Below are positions 49,352 through 63,864 of a DNA stretch of 64,000 nucleotides, piece by piece (positions within the stretch are counted from its first letter, which is position 1; every line of letters begins with the position of its first letter). The stretch is taken from NCBI RefSeq assembly GCF_009914755.1, contig NC_060942.1; one strand, given 5' to 3'. The notes under the pieces were generated by a model. The model saw only the letters and a list, made by a program, of their open reading frames with translations, had not been told where the DNA came from and searched no databases. Source of the DNA: the human T2T-CHM13v2.0 reference genome, Homo sapiens. A program made the position numbers and the translations under genes.

Positions 49352-49957
49352 AAAAATTCTGACATATTACTGACAATTTCAAAAACAGGAAAAGTCTGAC
49401 AGTATTAGTAGGGTTGACTAAAACAATATGAAATTGACTAAAATAAGTGGACTGTTTTGCAATTAAAAAATTTTAAGTCAATGCAAATATTTATAACTTT
49501 TAAGTCTCCTCTAAAAGATAACCAAAGAGCTTATTTAATCCTGTTTTAAATGATGTTAAATTCTTTGCAGATTATTACATAGGATATATTTTAGTAATGA
49601 TTTAAAGGAGGAAGAAGCAGCCTATTTTATGTTCATTGTAAGTGTTTCTAATAATCATCATTGAATGGTATTAAGTAGCCAGGAGCAGAGATATTGGGGT
49701 TATGGTGCTCTGTAAATCAAGTTAATGACATGCCCTTTGATTTTCCAGAACATAAACTCTCATTGCTAATACCCTTCCCTCTGACCATTGTTGTTCATCA
49801 AAGTTCTTTCCTAGATGTTGTGTCCTCTACAAACTGTCAGTGATGGTTGTTGCATTCCCCTGGTTCAGTGGTCACTTGCATGCTGGTGACACTGGACTCC
49901 AGGCTTGCTGGAGCTTCCAATATGGGTATCCCTGGGAGTATCAAACTCAATGTGTCT

Positions 49958-50017
49958 CTGCACTCCAGCCTCGGCTACAGGCTGGAATTTTGTCTCTAAA
50001 AAACAGAACAAAACAAC
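49958..50017 (+). mobile_element. Severely 5'-truncated Alu inside an L2 remnant
   Basis: ctgcactccagcct...tgtctctaaaaaa with TSD AAACTC(A/C)ATGTGTCT at 49943-49957 and 50018-50032. Confidence 0.8.
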
Positions 50018-50961
50018 AAACTCCATGTGTCTAAAAGTGAAATCACTGTCATTCCCCCAAAATTGTTCCTTCATTCACTATCACCCACTTAGTCAACCAG
50101 GCACTGGGTTCTATGCTATTCTCCTTCCTTGCCTTCATGTCAAATTCTTCAATCCTGTCCAATTTTTCTACCTAAAATGTCAAATTATCCTGTCCTAGAT
50201 CGGACCCTAGACACCTCTTACCTGCACTATTTCAATCATTTCCTGATTTCTTAACTCTTCTTCCTGTCTCCAGTCTTTCCTCCCTCTGCATTCATCCACA
50301 ACGTAACCAGAAGGATGGATCCAAAACGCAGTTCTGGAGACAAACTATCACTTCTGGTCACACAACTTGGTATATGAAAAAGCATGAAGCCAAATAACCC
50401 TACTATATCTTCTGATTTATTAAATATACGTGTATTTCAATATATGGAGAAGTTTGTAACATATAAGCAGAAGTTTCTAAGACAGTTTTCTACATACCAT
50501 TACCTGATGCATAAATGTCTCTCACCCGGACAGAGATGTCTTATTCAGGAGTTCACCTCCACATTGAACAACTCCAGACACACTGAATTCTGAGGGGTGC
50601 CCCTCTAATAAGAACAGTTCCCCTTAGAATTGGCAGCAGAGCAGTACTGCCCGGAGGCCCCCTCTCTTCTGTGCCAGAATTGCGCCTTTGCATCATGTTT
50701 ACTTTCCTTTTCCTTCCACTGCTGAGAACAGTGGGGCTCTCTGCCCGCTCATGATATTCTGGGGACTCTTGTGTGATTCCCTACTACCACTTAGGTCACC
50801 AGGATCCACCAGGACCCTCTTTAACTGCACAGGGCTCCCTCGGATGCCACAAGAACTCTAGGAACCTCACTGCTGCTGTGGAGACCCTATAAAAACAGCA
50901 GAACCAGAGTGGGCTGTATAAGGAGCTGTGATTTGGCCCCACTTAGTGGAACCCAGAATTA

Positions 50962-51380
<419 letters not shown>

Positions 51381-51579
51381 CTAAAAAATTAAACTACTAC
51401 AGAAGCACTATGGGCTGTAGGAAAATGTGCGCTGAACTGACTTACCAGGGACCATTTGGAGTGTAGTCGACCAATATTTGAGCCCAAATAAATGAATCTT
51501 AGAATCAGGTTAATGTTAACTTGATTTTTTTAAAAGTCCACTGGAGGCACTATAATACATGAACTATAATATCCATCTT

Positions 51580-52025
51580 TTTTTGCATTATTCATTTTAT
51601 TTTACTTTATTTCTTAAGTTCAGGGGTACAAGTTCAGGTGTGTTACATAGGTAAACTTGTGTCATGGGGGTTTGCTGTACAGATTATTTCATCACCCAGG
51701 TATTAAGCCTAGTACCCATTGGTTGTTTTTCCTGTTCCTCTCCCTCCTTTCACCCTCCTACCTCCAATAGGCCCTACCCATCTATGTGACCATGAGTTCT
51801 TATCATTTAATTCCCACTTCTAAGTGAGAACATGTGGTATTTGGTTTTCTGTTCCTGCATTAGTTTGCTAAGGATAATGGCCTCCAGCTCCATTCATGTC
51901 CCTGCAAAGGACATGATCTTGTTCTTTTTTATGGCTGCATAGTATTCCATGGTGTATATGTACCACATTTTCTTTGTCCAGTCTATCATTGATGGACATT
52001 TAGGTTGATTCCGTGTCTTTGCTAT
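51580..52025 (-). mobile_element. L1PA (older) 3' end
   Basis: Reverse L1 3'UTR; TSD TATAATATCCATC(T/C)TT. Confidence 0.88.
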
Positions 52026-52968
52026 ATAATATCCATCCTTACCAGTACATGTATTCTCAGATGTTTTCTCTAGCACTGTAAAGCAATGGACATGGCTTGC
52101 TTGTGTAGGTCATCGTATTCATGTCATAGGGCACACCCTGAGATGGAATTTCCAATATTTTGAGGGAGTAGCATAAATAAAGCTGACTATCTGAAGTCAT
52201 TTTGTAATGTTATTCCTCTTGCACCTTTACTCCAGCCTCACTGGCTTTCTTGCCATTGCTCAGACACACCAAGGTCATGCCCAGCTTAGTGTATTCCTAT
52301 TGTTTGGCATGCACATCTCAAGATTTTGCTTGACTCTCCCATAGCTGCTTTTGTTCTGTTTGCAGAAAAACCACAGCTGAGTGCCCAATTTAAAATAGCC
52401 TCCTCCTGCCCAACTCATCTAATCCCTTTGTTCTGCTATATTTTTCTTTAAAACATATATTTATTGTAAATATATAGGTTATTTGTTTTCTGCTCCTTCA
52501 ACTGTTATGTAAGACCTATGAGGATAAAGAATTTCTCCACCTCCTTCACTGCTGAAAGTGTCCAGCATGGCATATAGTAGACATGCCATGTATATATATT
52601 TTGAAGGAATGAATGAATAAATTAGTCAGTCTTAATATTTCATCTTCTCTCTTTTCTCGGTCAGAATTGTTACAATTCATCTCTTCCAAGTGCAGTGCAG
52701 TGCAAAGAACAGTGCAGTGGTTAGAACAGACCTCTAAATTTGGCTAGAATTCTGGCCTCAGCACTTACTAGCTTTATGGTTTTGGACAAACTATCTCACC
52801 TCTCTAAGTCTCCATTCCTCTTCTATTGTATAGAGATAACCAAAGAATTTTCCTCCCAGGATGTGATTATTTTTAAATGAATTCATACATATAAAGCTCC
52901 CAACGTGGTGCCTGCATATTGTTTAAGTATTATTAAACTCATGGTTTCATTGGTTCTAGTGTATCTTC

Positions 52969-52992
52969 GTGTGTGTGTGTGTGTGTGTGTGC
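52969..52992. repeat. (TG)n microsatellite
   Basis: TG run. Confidence 0.9.
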
Positions 52993-54982
52993 GTGCGCAC
53001 TCACACACACAGTAGTTTGCTCCTTAAATAATACATTTCTACCTATCTTTTAAAATATACTTGTTAGTATGTTGGGGTGGTTGTTAATATTCTAGATTCT
53101 ATATTCATAGGTAGCCATTTGCTTTACATTTTCAGCTTCATCCTCTGAATGCTAGTCTTGCTCAAATGTCTCATTATTTTCCATTTATTGCCTATTTTAA
53201 TAAATAAAAGATCAGACATTTTCCCAAGTGTGGTTGGTAGAATATCAGTTGCTTTTTTTAAAAGAGGGGGAAAAAAACATTCCTAGGGCCTCACTATTGA
53301 ACAAGAGCCTCCTGGGGTGGGGTTCAGGAGCATGCATTTTAAACAATGTCTAGAGGAGTCTTATATGCCCTAGAATTTAAGGAGCACCAAAGGAGGCTTC
53401 TGGGTATTGGCTGCTGGTGCAGATTTGCTCAGCTTCTGTAGGTTAGTGCACTACCGAATGAAGCCCTACTCTCTCCTCCTCCTCATGCCATCTTTCCTCT
53501 GCAGAGGGCTGCCTGCAAGAGTTATCTGTGCTGTTTGCATGAGGTGAGCCCAGAGGACCATGCCACAACCTGCTTCACTATATGTTGGCCTTGATTGGTA
53601 TTCCTGAAGTCTTTTGGGCATTTCTCTTCCACTGCTCCCTTGGTTTAGAGGAGGAAAAACTGGCTCCTTTGATTAAAGGAGAAGAAAAAATTGTTTGGCT
53701 GAGGAGCTCCTTTTACTTCCAACACTGTTTGGTGGATAAATCTACCCTCCTACCCTCCAGCTCTGTCAGTCTTGGCATCTTCCATGAAGAAAAAAACTCC
53801 GGGGAATTTCCTATCTTTGCCAAAGCTGTGCGTCTAGCCCTTGTGCCTCTTAGGTGAGAGGAATTAGCAGGAGACCTCAGTATTACCCCCACTTGCCTCC
53901 TACCACCCAGCAATGTACTCAACATCTGTCCGGCTGTCAGTTGACTGCTGAAGTCTTTCATTTTTGTTCAAATTGTGCTTTACTCCTTGTGGTTTATTGT
54001 CTACTCTTCAGCACTTTGTTGGCTTCATCCCAGGTATAATTTTCTCCTTTGTTATTGCTTCTTTGGAGAATTTTCAGTGACTATAGGGAAAATATTTATT
54101 TGATCTCTGTTAACACTACCATCTTTCTCCAGACAGCAGTTTTTAGAAGATAAATCTCCTGATGGAATCATTTCATTGCTGTTTATTTATTCTTATCTCA
54201 AAGAACTAGTTACTGACCAAAAGAGGAAAGAGCTATGCAGCCTCCATTGCAGTCTCCAGAGACCTTAGGAGTCTCTGGAAGGAGTTGTTGCTGCCTGGAG
54301 GGAGCAGGAGGCCTCAGGTCAGAAGGCATGCTGCAGACCACCCGTGAGTGATTCACGTCCAAAAAAGTTCCTATCTCCAACCCTGAAACCTGAAACTGAA
54401 GGGCTTTTGCCTGCAAAGACCATCTGAGAGCAGCCCTGCTGGTTAGTGAAAGGTTTTGGGACAGGCAGATTTAGAGCTGTTAGTAAATTTGGGAGAGTCT
54501 TAGACTCCGGTCAATATTGACATCAGGTAGTCTTATTCATAATGTAATTATTACCCTTTTGAGAAATAAAAAAATCTTGAGACAAATGAAAATGGAAACA
54601 CAACATACCAAAATTTAAGGGATACAGCAAAAGCAGTTCTAAGAAGGAAGTTTATAGCAAATAAAAGCCTACATTAAGAAGAAATAAGATCTCAGATAAA
54701 AAACCTAACTTTATACCTCAAAGAACTAGAAAAAAAGAAAAGACTAATCCCAAAGTCAGCAGAAGGAAGGAAATAATATCAAAGCAGAAATAAATGAAAG
54801 ACGGAGTAGAAAAACAATAGAAAAGATCAATGAAACTAGGAGTTAATTTTTTAAAAAAGATAAGCACAATGGACAAACTTTCAGCTAGACTAAGAAAAAA
54901 GAGAGAAGGTGCAAATAAATAAAATTATAAATGGAAGAAGATACATTACAACTGATATCACAGAAATAAAAAAGGATCATAA

Positions 54983-55293
<311 letters not shown>

Positions 55294-57740
55294 TCAACAA
55301 TTATATGCCAACAAGTTGGATAACCTAGAAGAAATGGATAGATTCCTAGAAACATAAAACCTAGCAAGTCTGAATCATGAAGAAACAGAAAATCTGAACA
55401 GATCTATAATGAGCTAAGAAATTGAATCAGTAATCAAAAACTTCTCAACAAAGACAAGCCCAGGACCCAACAGCTTCACTGGTGAATTCTACCAAATATT
55501 TAAGGAAGAATTAATGCTAATCCTTCTCCAACTCTTCCAGAAAATTGAAGGAAAGAGAAAACTTCCAAACTCACTTTAGGAGGCCATTATTACTCTGATG
55601 CCAAAGCCAATAAAGACACTGCAAAAAAAATTACAGACCAATATCCCTGATAAACATAGATATAAAAATCCTCAACAAAATACTAACCAAATTCAACAGC
55701 ATATTAAAAGAATCATATGCCATAATCAAGTGAGATTTATCCCAGAGAAAGGGTGGTTCAACATATGCAAATATGTAAGATCACATGAACAGAATAAAGA
55801 AAAAAATTATACGACCATTTCAAAGATATATAAAAAGCATTTGACAAAGTTTAATATCCTTTCATAATAAAAACTCTCAACAGATCAAGTATAAAGGAAT
55901 ATACCTCAACATAATCAAGGCCATATATGACAAGCCCACAGCTAATATCCTCCTTAATGGTGAAAACCTGAAAGCTTTTCTTCTAAGATTAGGAACCCGG
56001 CAAGAATGTCCACTGTTACCACTTCTGTTTAATATAGTACTGGGAGTCCCGGCAAGAACAATTAGGCAAGAAAAAGAAATAAAAGGAATCCAAGTTGGAA
56101 AAAAAAGAAGTAAAATTATCTCTATTTATAGATGATACGATCACATATACAGAAAATCCTAAAGACTCCACCAAAAAAACCTGTTAAAATAGACAAATTT
56201 AGTATAGTTAAAGGATACAAAATCAACATAGAAAAATCAGCAGTATTCCTATATACTAACAACAGACTATCCAAAAAAGAGATCAAGAAAACAATCCCAT
56301 TTACAGTATATCCAAAAAAAAAAATACTTGGGAGTAAATTTAACCAAGGAGATGAAAGACCTGTACGCTGAAAACTATAAAACACTGATGAAAGGATGAA
56401 GAAGACACAAATAAATGGAAAGATATCCCCATGTACATGAATTGGAAGAATTAATATTGCTAAAATGATCATTGGCACCAAAACAATCTACAGATTCAAT
56501 GCAATGCCTATCAAAATTCCATGACATTTTTCCCAGAAATAGAAAGAGAATCCTATGAAACCACAAAAGACTCCAAATAGTCAAAGAAATGTTGAGCAAA
56601 AGGAAGAAAGCTGGAGGTCTCATACTACCTGATTTCAAATTATACTACAAAGCTATAGTAATCAAAACAGCGTAGTACTGGCATAAAAACAAATGCATAG
56701 ACTAAAGGAATATAATAGAGACCCCAGAAATAAGTTTATGCATTTATGTTCAGTTGATCTTCAACAAAGGTACCAAGAACATACAACGTTCAAGAAAGCA
56801 CAGTCTCTTCAATAATTGGTACTGGGAAAACTGGATGTCCACGTGCAAAAGAAGGAACTTAGACCCTTGTCTCACCCATAAAGAAAAATCAACTCAAAAT
56901 GAAATAAAGACTTAAATGTAAGTCCTGAAATTATAAAACTACTCAAAGAAAACATAAGGGAAAAGCTCCAAGACATTGGTCTGGGAGATGATATTTTGGT
57001 CATATATGACCCTTGATACACAGGCAACATAGTGAAAAGAGAGAAATGGGATTGCATCAAAATTAAAAGCTTCTGTACAGAATAGGAAACAATCAACAGA
57101 GTGAAAAGGCAACCTACCAAAGGGGAGGAAATATTTACAAACTGCATACCTGACAAGAGGTTAATATCCAAAATATATAAGGAACTGAAACAACTCAATA
57201 TTAAAAAGATAAATAATTCAATTTTAAAACAGGCAAAATACCTGAATAGATATTTCTCAAAAGAAGACATTTACAAGTGGCCAACAGGTATATGAAAAAA
57301 TGTTCAACATCACTAATGATCACAGAAATGTAAATTAAAACCACAAAGAGATATCACCTCACACTGGTTAGTATAGCTATCATCAAAAAGACAAAAAATA
57401 GTAAGTGTGGGTAAGGGTGTGCAGAAGACAGGACCCATGCACACTGTTGGTGGGACTGTAACTTGGCACAGCCATTATGGAAGACAGTATGGAGCTTCCT
57501 CAAAAAAGTAAAAATAGAACTACCATATGATCCAGCAATTCCATTTCTGGGTATATATTCAAAGTAAATGAAATCATTATGTCAAAGAGATATCTTCATT
57601 CCCATGTTCATTGGAGCATTATTCATGATAGCCAAGATATGGAATCAACCTAAGTGTCTGTCAAGAGATAAATGGATAAAGAAAACGGGATATATCTATG
57701 CAATGGAATACCATTCAGCCTTAAAAAAGAAGGAATTCCT

Positions 57741-58022
57741 GGCTGGGTGCGGTGGCTCACGTCTGTAATCCCAGCACTTTGGGAGGCCGAGGTGGGCGGA
57801 TCATGAGGTCAGGAGACAGAGACCACCGGTGAAACCCTATCTCTACTAAAAATACCAAAAATTAGCTGGGCGTGGTGGCAGGCGCCTGTAGTCCCAGCTA
57901 CTTAGGAGGCTGAGGCAGGAGAATGGCATGAACCCAGGAGGCAGAGCTTGCAGTCAGCGGAGATCATGCCACTGCACTCCAGCCGGGGCGACAGAGCGAG
58001 ACTCCGTCTCAAAAAAAAAAAA
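57741..58022 (+). mobile_element. AluY with a left-arm deletion (AluYd-like) inside the L1
   Basis: TSD AAAAAGAAGGAATTCCT; GAGACCACCGGTGAAACC replaces GAGACCATCCTGGCTAACACGGTGAAACC. Confidence 0.9.
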
Positions 58023-58567
58023 GGCAAAAAGAAGGAATTCCTGTTATTTGCAGCAACACGGATGAACCTGGAGGACATTATGCTGAGTCAAATAGGCCAG
58101 GCACAGAAAGACAAATACTGCATAATTTAACTTATATGTAGAATATAAGAAAGTTGAAATCATAGAAATGGAGAGTAGAATGTTGGTGGCCAGATGCTGG
58201 GGCAGAGTGGGGCTGGGATGGGAATGAGGAAATGTTGGTCAAAGAGTACGAATTTTCAGTTAGACAGAGGGATGAAGTTCTGGGGATCTCTTGTACAGCA
58301 TGGTGACTATAGTTAATAATAATGTATTGTCTACTTGAAAATTGCTAAGAGAATAGATTTTATAATGTTCTCACCACAAACTAAGTATGTGAAGTGATAG
58401 ATATGTTAATTAGCTTGGTTTAATGGTGTCACAGTGTATACATATATCAAAATATCACATTGTATACCTTGAATATATATAACTTTATTTGTCAACTATA
58501 TCTTAATGAAGCTGGGGAAAAAATCAATAAAAAGTAAACACACACACACAGGACAACTGAAGATCAC

Positions 58568-58693
58568 TTTTTATTTTGTAGAGACAGAGTCTGGTTGTGT
58601 TGCCCAGGTTGGTTTCAATCTCCTGGCCTAAGTGATCTTCCTGCCTTGGCCTCCCAGAGTGCTGAGATTACAGGTGTGTGCCACCATGCCCAG
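58568..58693 (-). mobile_element. FLAM / Alu monomer
   Basis: Single reverse Alu arm. Confidence 0.8.
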
Positions 58694-60061
58694 CGGAATA
58701 TCACTTTTACTTAGGAATATAGGTCAGAAATATTTTTTTAACCAGCAAATCAAATCAAACAATATATTAAATAATCAATTTAACAAAATAGGATTTAATT
58801 TAGGAATTCAAGAATAGTTCGAGCACTGGAAGAACATGATTTAATATTTTAAGAAATGGAAAGAGAATAAAAACATGATCATAATAACTGAAGCTACAAA
58901 TTCAACCAGACACTTTTGCATTCTTTAAAACTCATTTAAGATAAAGAGAAGCTTCCAAACATGTTGAAGTTTATTTCCTACAAATCAATCATAAACATTT
59001 CAAATAAACACAAATTATTTTCATTAAAATAGAAAAAAGAAGAATGCTGTCTACTACCCCTAATGGTCAACAGTCATTGCAGGGAGTATAACAGATAATG
59101 TGGTAAAGTAAGAGAAATAAATATGTAGTTTAACTATGGGGAAAAGCCTGTTTGATATCCTTTTCTATTTTGATTATAAATGTGCTTAGGTTCTTCAAAA
59201 GACGTGATCTGAGAGTAGCACATATTAAGGTCATGTCTTATTACTACAGGCTGTTCCAGAAAGGCCATGGGGCTTTCTCTGTTTATGGGAACAGCTGAAT
59301 ATGATCAAAACTGGATGGGCCAAGTGCATAGGGCCTGTGCTGCCAAGACATGCCTTCAAAAATAGGAAGTGAAAATCCAGTCCCATGCTTACGTATCAAA
59401 TATAGCATTGGCCCTCAAGTTCAAACTGCTAGAGTATACTCAAATTGCTTCATTCAGCTAATTTTGGGAGTATACTAATGACCAAAGGACACTTTACTAT
59501 AAAGTGACATTTGTTAATAGAGTTCCAGACTCCAAAATGCAGTTTCCAGGATACTTGTTAACAGAACATAGGGTAACCTAATAATTCTACCACTTAGTCA
59601 CAAACCTATTTAATCCAACATTTTTTCGAATTCATTTACTTAAGAAATTAGATCATTCATTACAATTAATTTGGCAAGCAAAGACAGCCAGCTGCTCAAG
59701 TGAGATCCCAAATTTTCTAACAAATTGAATAAACACTAATTTGTTTATTTGTTGATATGATTATGGAATTAGCAAAATGGCCTATTCCTCAGCATGAAAA
59801 ATTCAGGTCCAAATTGTTTCATTGAGGCTTATTTCTGTTACAAGTTAAATGAAAAAGAGAATCTATTATTCACAAATTTTTTTAAAAAATCATTATTAAA
59901 AATAAAGACCATCTGAGCATAGTTTGAAACTTCTAACTGCAGGTTTTCACCTCCATGTGGTCTTCACTTTTTCTCTAACGTGGAGCCCACAGCATACTTT
60001 AAATGGCACTCATCCTTCTGAGACCTCTAGTCTCAAAGTGCCTTCCCCATATTATAAGAGT

Positions 60062-60374
60062 ATTATTTATTTATTTATTTATTTTATTTAAAGAGACAGA
60101 GTCTTGCTCTGTTGCCCAGGCTGGAGTATAGTAGTGCAATCATAGCTCACTGCAGCCTCAAACACCAGGGCTCAAGTGATCCTCCTGCCTCAGCTTCCCG
60201 AGTAGCTAAGACTATAGGCATGCACCACCATGCTCAGCTAAGTATTTTATTTTTTGTAGAGATGGGGTCTTCCTATGTTGCCCAGGCTGGTCTCAAATTC
60301 CTAGGCTCAAGAGATCCTCCCACCTAGGCCTCCCAAAGCGCTGGGATTACAGGCATGAGCCACCACACCCAGCC
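60062..60374 (-). mobile_element. AluJ
   Basis: Reverse AluJ. Confidence 0.92.
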
Positions 60375-60379
60375 AGAAT

Positions 60380-60694
<315 letters not shown>

Positions 60695-61362
60695 TCTATT
60701 TTTAATAGGATAAATTTTCATGAAGACCTTATACTGTATACCCTTTATACACATTTCCACTATTTGCTATAGCTTTTCATAATTTCAGGAAAATGCTAAA
60801 TAAGTTAAGCTTTATTGTTTCTTATCATTTACATTTAAAGCACATTAATTTACAGAAATGATACATTTTGCTCCAAAAAATATTTTTTGTGCATCTGAGG
60901 AAAGGGAAATGCTTATTTTTATAAAGAGAAGGCACAGTACTGAAGAATATTTCAAACTTCTTTTCAATGCTTCTAACTCCCTGCTTTCCTTGAGACAAAG
61001 ACAGACTTACCTGTTTGGAGATAGAGGGGGCAAATAATGGGTTCATGTTTGGTTCTCTCTCACTCTTGCTGCAGACTCATTTCTCTTCTAGCTCACTGCC
61101 AAGCCATGAACAGTGAGCTACACAGTGAGTGTACCAGGGAAGGGCCTAGGGCTGCTGCCAGGAGCTCAAAGCACTGTGCAGTGGGTAGGTCTTGAGGCAA
61201 GCTAGGATTTTCCATATGACTGGAGAGACAAGTATCTTAATCTCAAATCAGGTTGAATGGGTGCAAAAGCTCTAGATTTGTGGTAGGACAGGAATTTAGG
61301 AAGATCGAATCCAACTCAGCATACTTATGTTTGGGGATAATTATTTGATGTTGTTCTCAGCC

Positions 61363-61923
61363 TGTTAAATATAGTGAACTCCATGTTCCTCTTCAAAGAA
61401 TCAGTATGTCAGTATGTTCAGTTCTCTTACTCTGTGTTCTCCATTTTAAAGTTTAACTTTCTGGTTCTCTTCGCCCCCTTGCCTCTAGCTTCAGTAAACA
61501 ACTTTCCTGCCAGTTCTAATCAGTAGTTCACATCTGTTCCCCTGGTCACCGGCTTTAACCTGAGTCACCCCTGGTCACCTGCTCTGTCCTGACTCATCCT
61601 GAGTCACCCGTTCTGTAACCGCCTTTCCCGCCAAACTACTCACCCCGCCACTCTGGCTCGTACCCCTGCTCTCTTTAAAATAGCTAATGGGAATTACCTT
61701 AGACTGTGTGGTCTAACCCTAGCCAATAAGGGAACGACACAGCAGTAGGAGCTACCTGTGTCAGGAATAAAAACCCCTTCTCCTCCCTTGTTCAGGTGTG
61801 CTCTTGCCATTGCTCCATCCGCCAGTCATGCCCTTCTATAGAAGTAAAAATTGCCTTGCTGAGAAAATTAACTTTATGTGAGAGTGCTATTTCTTTGGCA
61901 GCACCGAAAATTTATTTATAACA
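61363..61923 (+). mobile_element. LTR10 (LTR10A-like, HERV-I group) solo LTR
   Basis: TGTTAAATATAGTGAA...TTTATTTATAACA, 561 bp, exact 4-bp TSD AGCC; internal CCTGGTCACC/TGAGTCA repeats, CCAAT box and AGTAAA signal. Confidence 0.88.
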
Positions 61924-62379
61924 AGCCTCATAGGGCTCTATGTCATTTTTTTTCCAAATTTATTAGAAGGCCAGAAGAAGTATATTTATGTTGGCACAGG
62001 CCCACCCCAACCCCTACACAATCACCAAATCACCCACTTCATAGTCTTGAAGAGTCCAAATTAAAAGACTACTGGAAATTATATCTCTGCATTTAACCTT
62101 AAATAATACTGGCCAAGGGGGGAAGAACAGATTACTGAAATTCTGAGTAAGCATCTAAATTCAACACTAGATGTCTCTATCCTGATATTTTGAATTATAT
62201 GTAAAACCTTTTTTTTCTGTTTTATATTCTTCCTAAAAAAAAATAGTAATAAATGCCAGATATTTCACCCTAGATTATCATTAGCCAGATGACTTTTTTT
62301 TGGAACGCTTCTCCTTGCCATTCGTCTAGTCTCTGAGAACATAAAGTCTGAATCACTGCAACCATGTAATGTTTTGGAG

Positions 62380-62514
62380 CAAGGGTTCTCAATCTTGGTT
62401 ACACATTAAAATAACTTGGCAAACTTTTAGGAAATACTGTGCCTGATTCTCCCCCAAAGATCGGATTTAAATGGTAGATGGTAGAGTCTGGACAGAAATA
62501 TTTGTTTAAAGTTC
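62380..62514. mobile_element. MER5-like hAT MITE (left part, interrupted)
   Basis: ggttctcaatcttggttacacattaaaataact...gatttaaatggt...aaagttc. Confidence 0.6.
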
Positions 62515-62569
62515 TGTAAACCAAAATTAAATTTCTAAGACCCCTCTCCCACCCCCAACTATCTGAATG
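62515..62569 (+). mobile_element. MER4-type LTR 5' stub (interrupted by a provirus)
   Basis: TGTAAACCAAAATTAAATTTCTAAGACCCC...AACTATCTGAATG matches the recalled MER4 LTR start. Confidence 0.7.
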
Positions 62570-63175
62570 TGATACGGCTCCGTTGTCTGGAGAAACATCC
62601 AGGGTCCTTTGTCTCTCACCAAGAAAATTAGTGACATGGACACACATGGAGTGGTTTCAAGAAGTGGAAAGTTTAATAGGCAAGAAAGAAGAAAACTGCT
62701 CCCCTGTACAGAGGGAGGGGGGCTCCGAACGGAAAAACCCCACGTGCAGCGGAAAGCAGTCAGTTATATTGGGAGGCTGGAGGAGGCAGTGTCTGATTTG
62801 CATAGGGCCCAGGGGATTGGTTTGACCAGGTGTGTCATTCAGGTAGCCCGTGAAAAAACTGGCCCTGCCACCCTAGCCTTTCATATGCAAATGCGGTTTG
62901 CCATGATGTCCTGCACACGTGGCTTTATCTGGAGGTTGCCATGACACCTGGCACACATGGTGACAAGATAAAGAGGGCAGGAGACACCATGTTGAATGTA
63001 CCTGGCTTCTAGCCGCCAGCATTTGCATATCAGTGTTTGCTAGTCTGGTTTTTTAAGTCGCTTTCTGTTAGAAAAAAAATGCTTTTGGGGTTGCTTTTCA
63101 TTAAAGGAAAATTCCACTGAGAACTTTCACCCTTTCTGGCTGCCTAAAAATTATTTCTAAATAACTCCCATACTA
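62570..63175 (-). mobile_element. LTR9 (HUERS-P3) 3' LTR
   Basis: Minus strand TAGTATGGGAGTTATTTAGAAATAATTTTTAGGCAGCCAGAAAGGG...GGAGCCGTATCA. Confidence 0.82.
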
Positions 63176-63454
63176 TTTCCACCATCTGGGGAAGTAAATC
63201 TAACTGCTGTTAGGGGGTGTTGGATGACAATTCTTTCTGGCTACTTCCTGCTGAAAAAGGGGCATCCTGTGAGGGACAGCAGTTGGGCCTCCTCCTGAGG
63301 TTGATGTAAGGGTTCTCAGAAGAATGGCGTGTCCATGTGAGGTTCTGTCTGCAACACCATTTGGAGTTTGATTGCTTCTAGATGAAAAGAGATGCATTTT
63401 ATAAGAAGGTTTAAAATGTAGAGTTAGAACATGAATATTAAGATTACCACTGTT

Positions 63455-63752
63455 GGCTGGATGCAGTGGCTCACACCTGTAATCCCGGCACTTTGGGAGG
63501 CCAAGGCGGGCAGATCACCTGAGGTCAGGAGTTCGAGACCACCCTGGCCAACATGGAGAAACCCTGTCTCTACCAAAAATACAAAAAAAAAAAAAAAAAA
63601 AAATTAGCCGGGCATGGTGGTATGCACCTGAAGTCCCAGCTACTCAGGAGAATTGCTTGATCCCAGGAGGCAGAGGCAGTGAGCTGAGATCATGCAACTG
63701 CACTCCAACCTGGGTGACAGGACAAGAATCTGTCTCAAAACAAAAACAAAAA
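63455..63752 (+). mobile_element. AluS inside the ERV internal region
   Basis: TSD AAGAT(T/G)ACCACTGTT; expanded middle A-run. Confidence 0.92.
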
Positions 63753-63848
63753 CAAGATGACCACTGTTAGTGGAAGTCTTATAGACCCTAACTATGACAG
63801 TAGAGTTTGATACCTGTTACACCAATGGGTTGTAATACTGGCTTGCCT

Positions 63849-63864
63849 CCACTAGATGGCGCTG
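63849..63864 (+). promoter_or_regulatory. CTCF motif (candidate, ERV-borne)
   Basis: CCACTAGATGGCGCTG matches the CTCF core. Confidence 0.55.
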
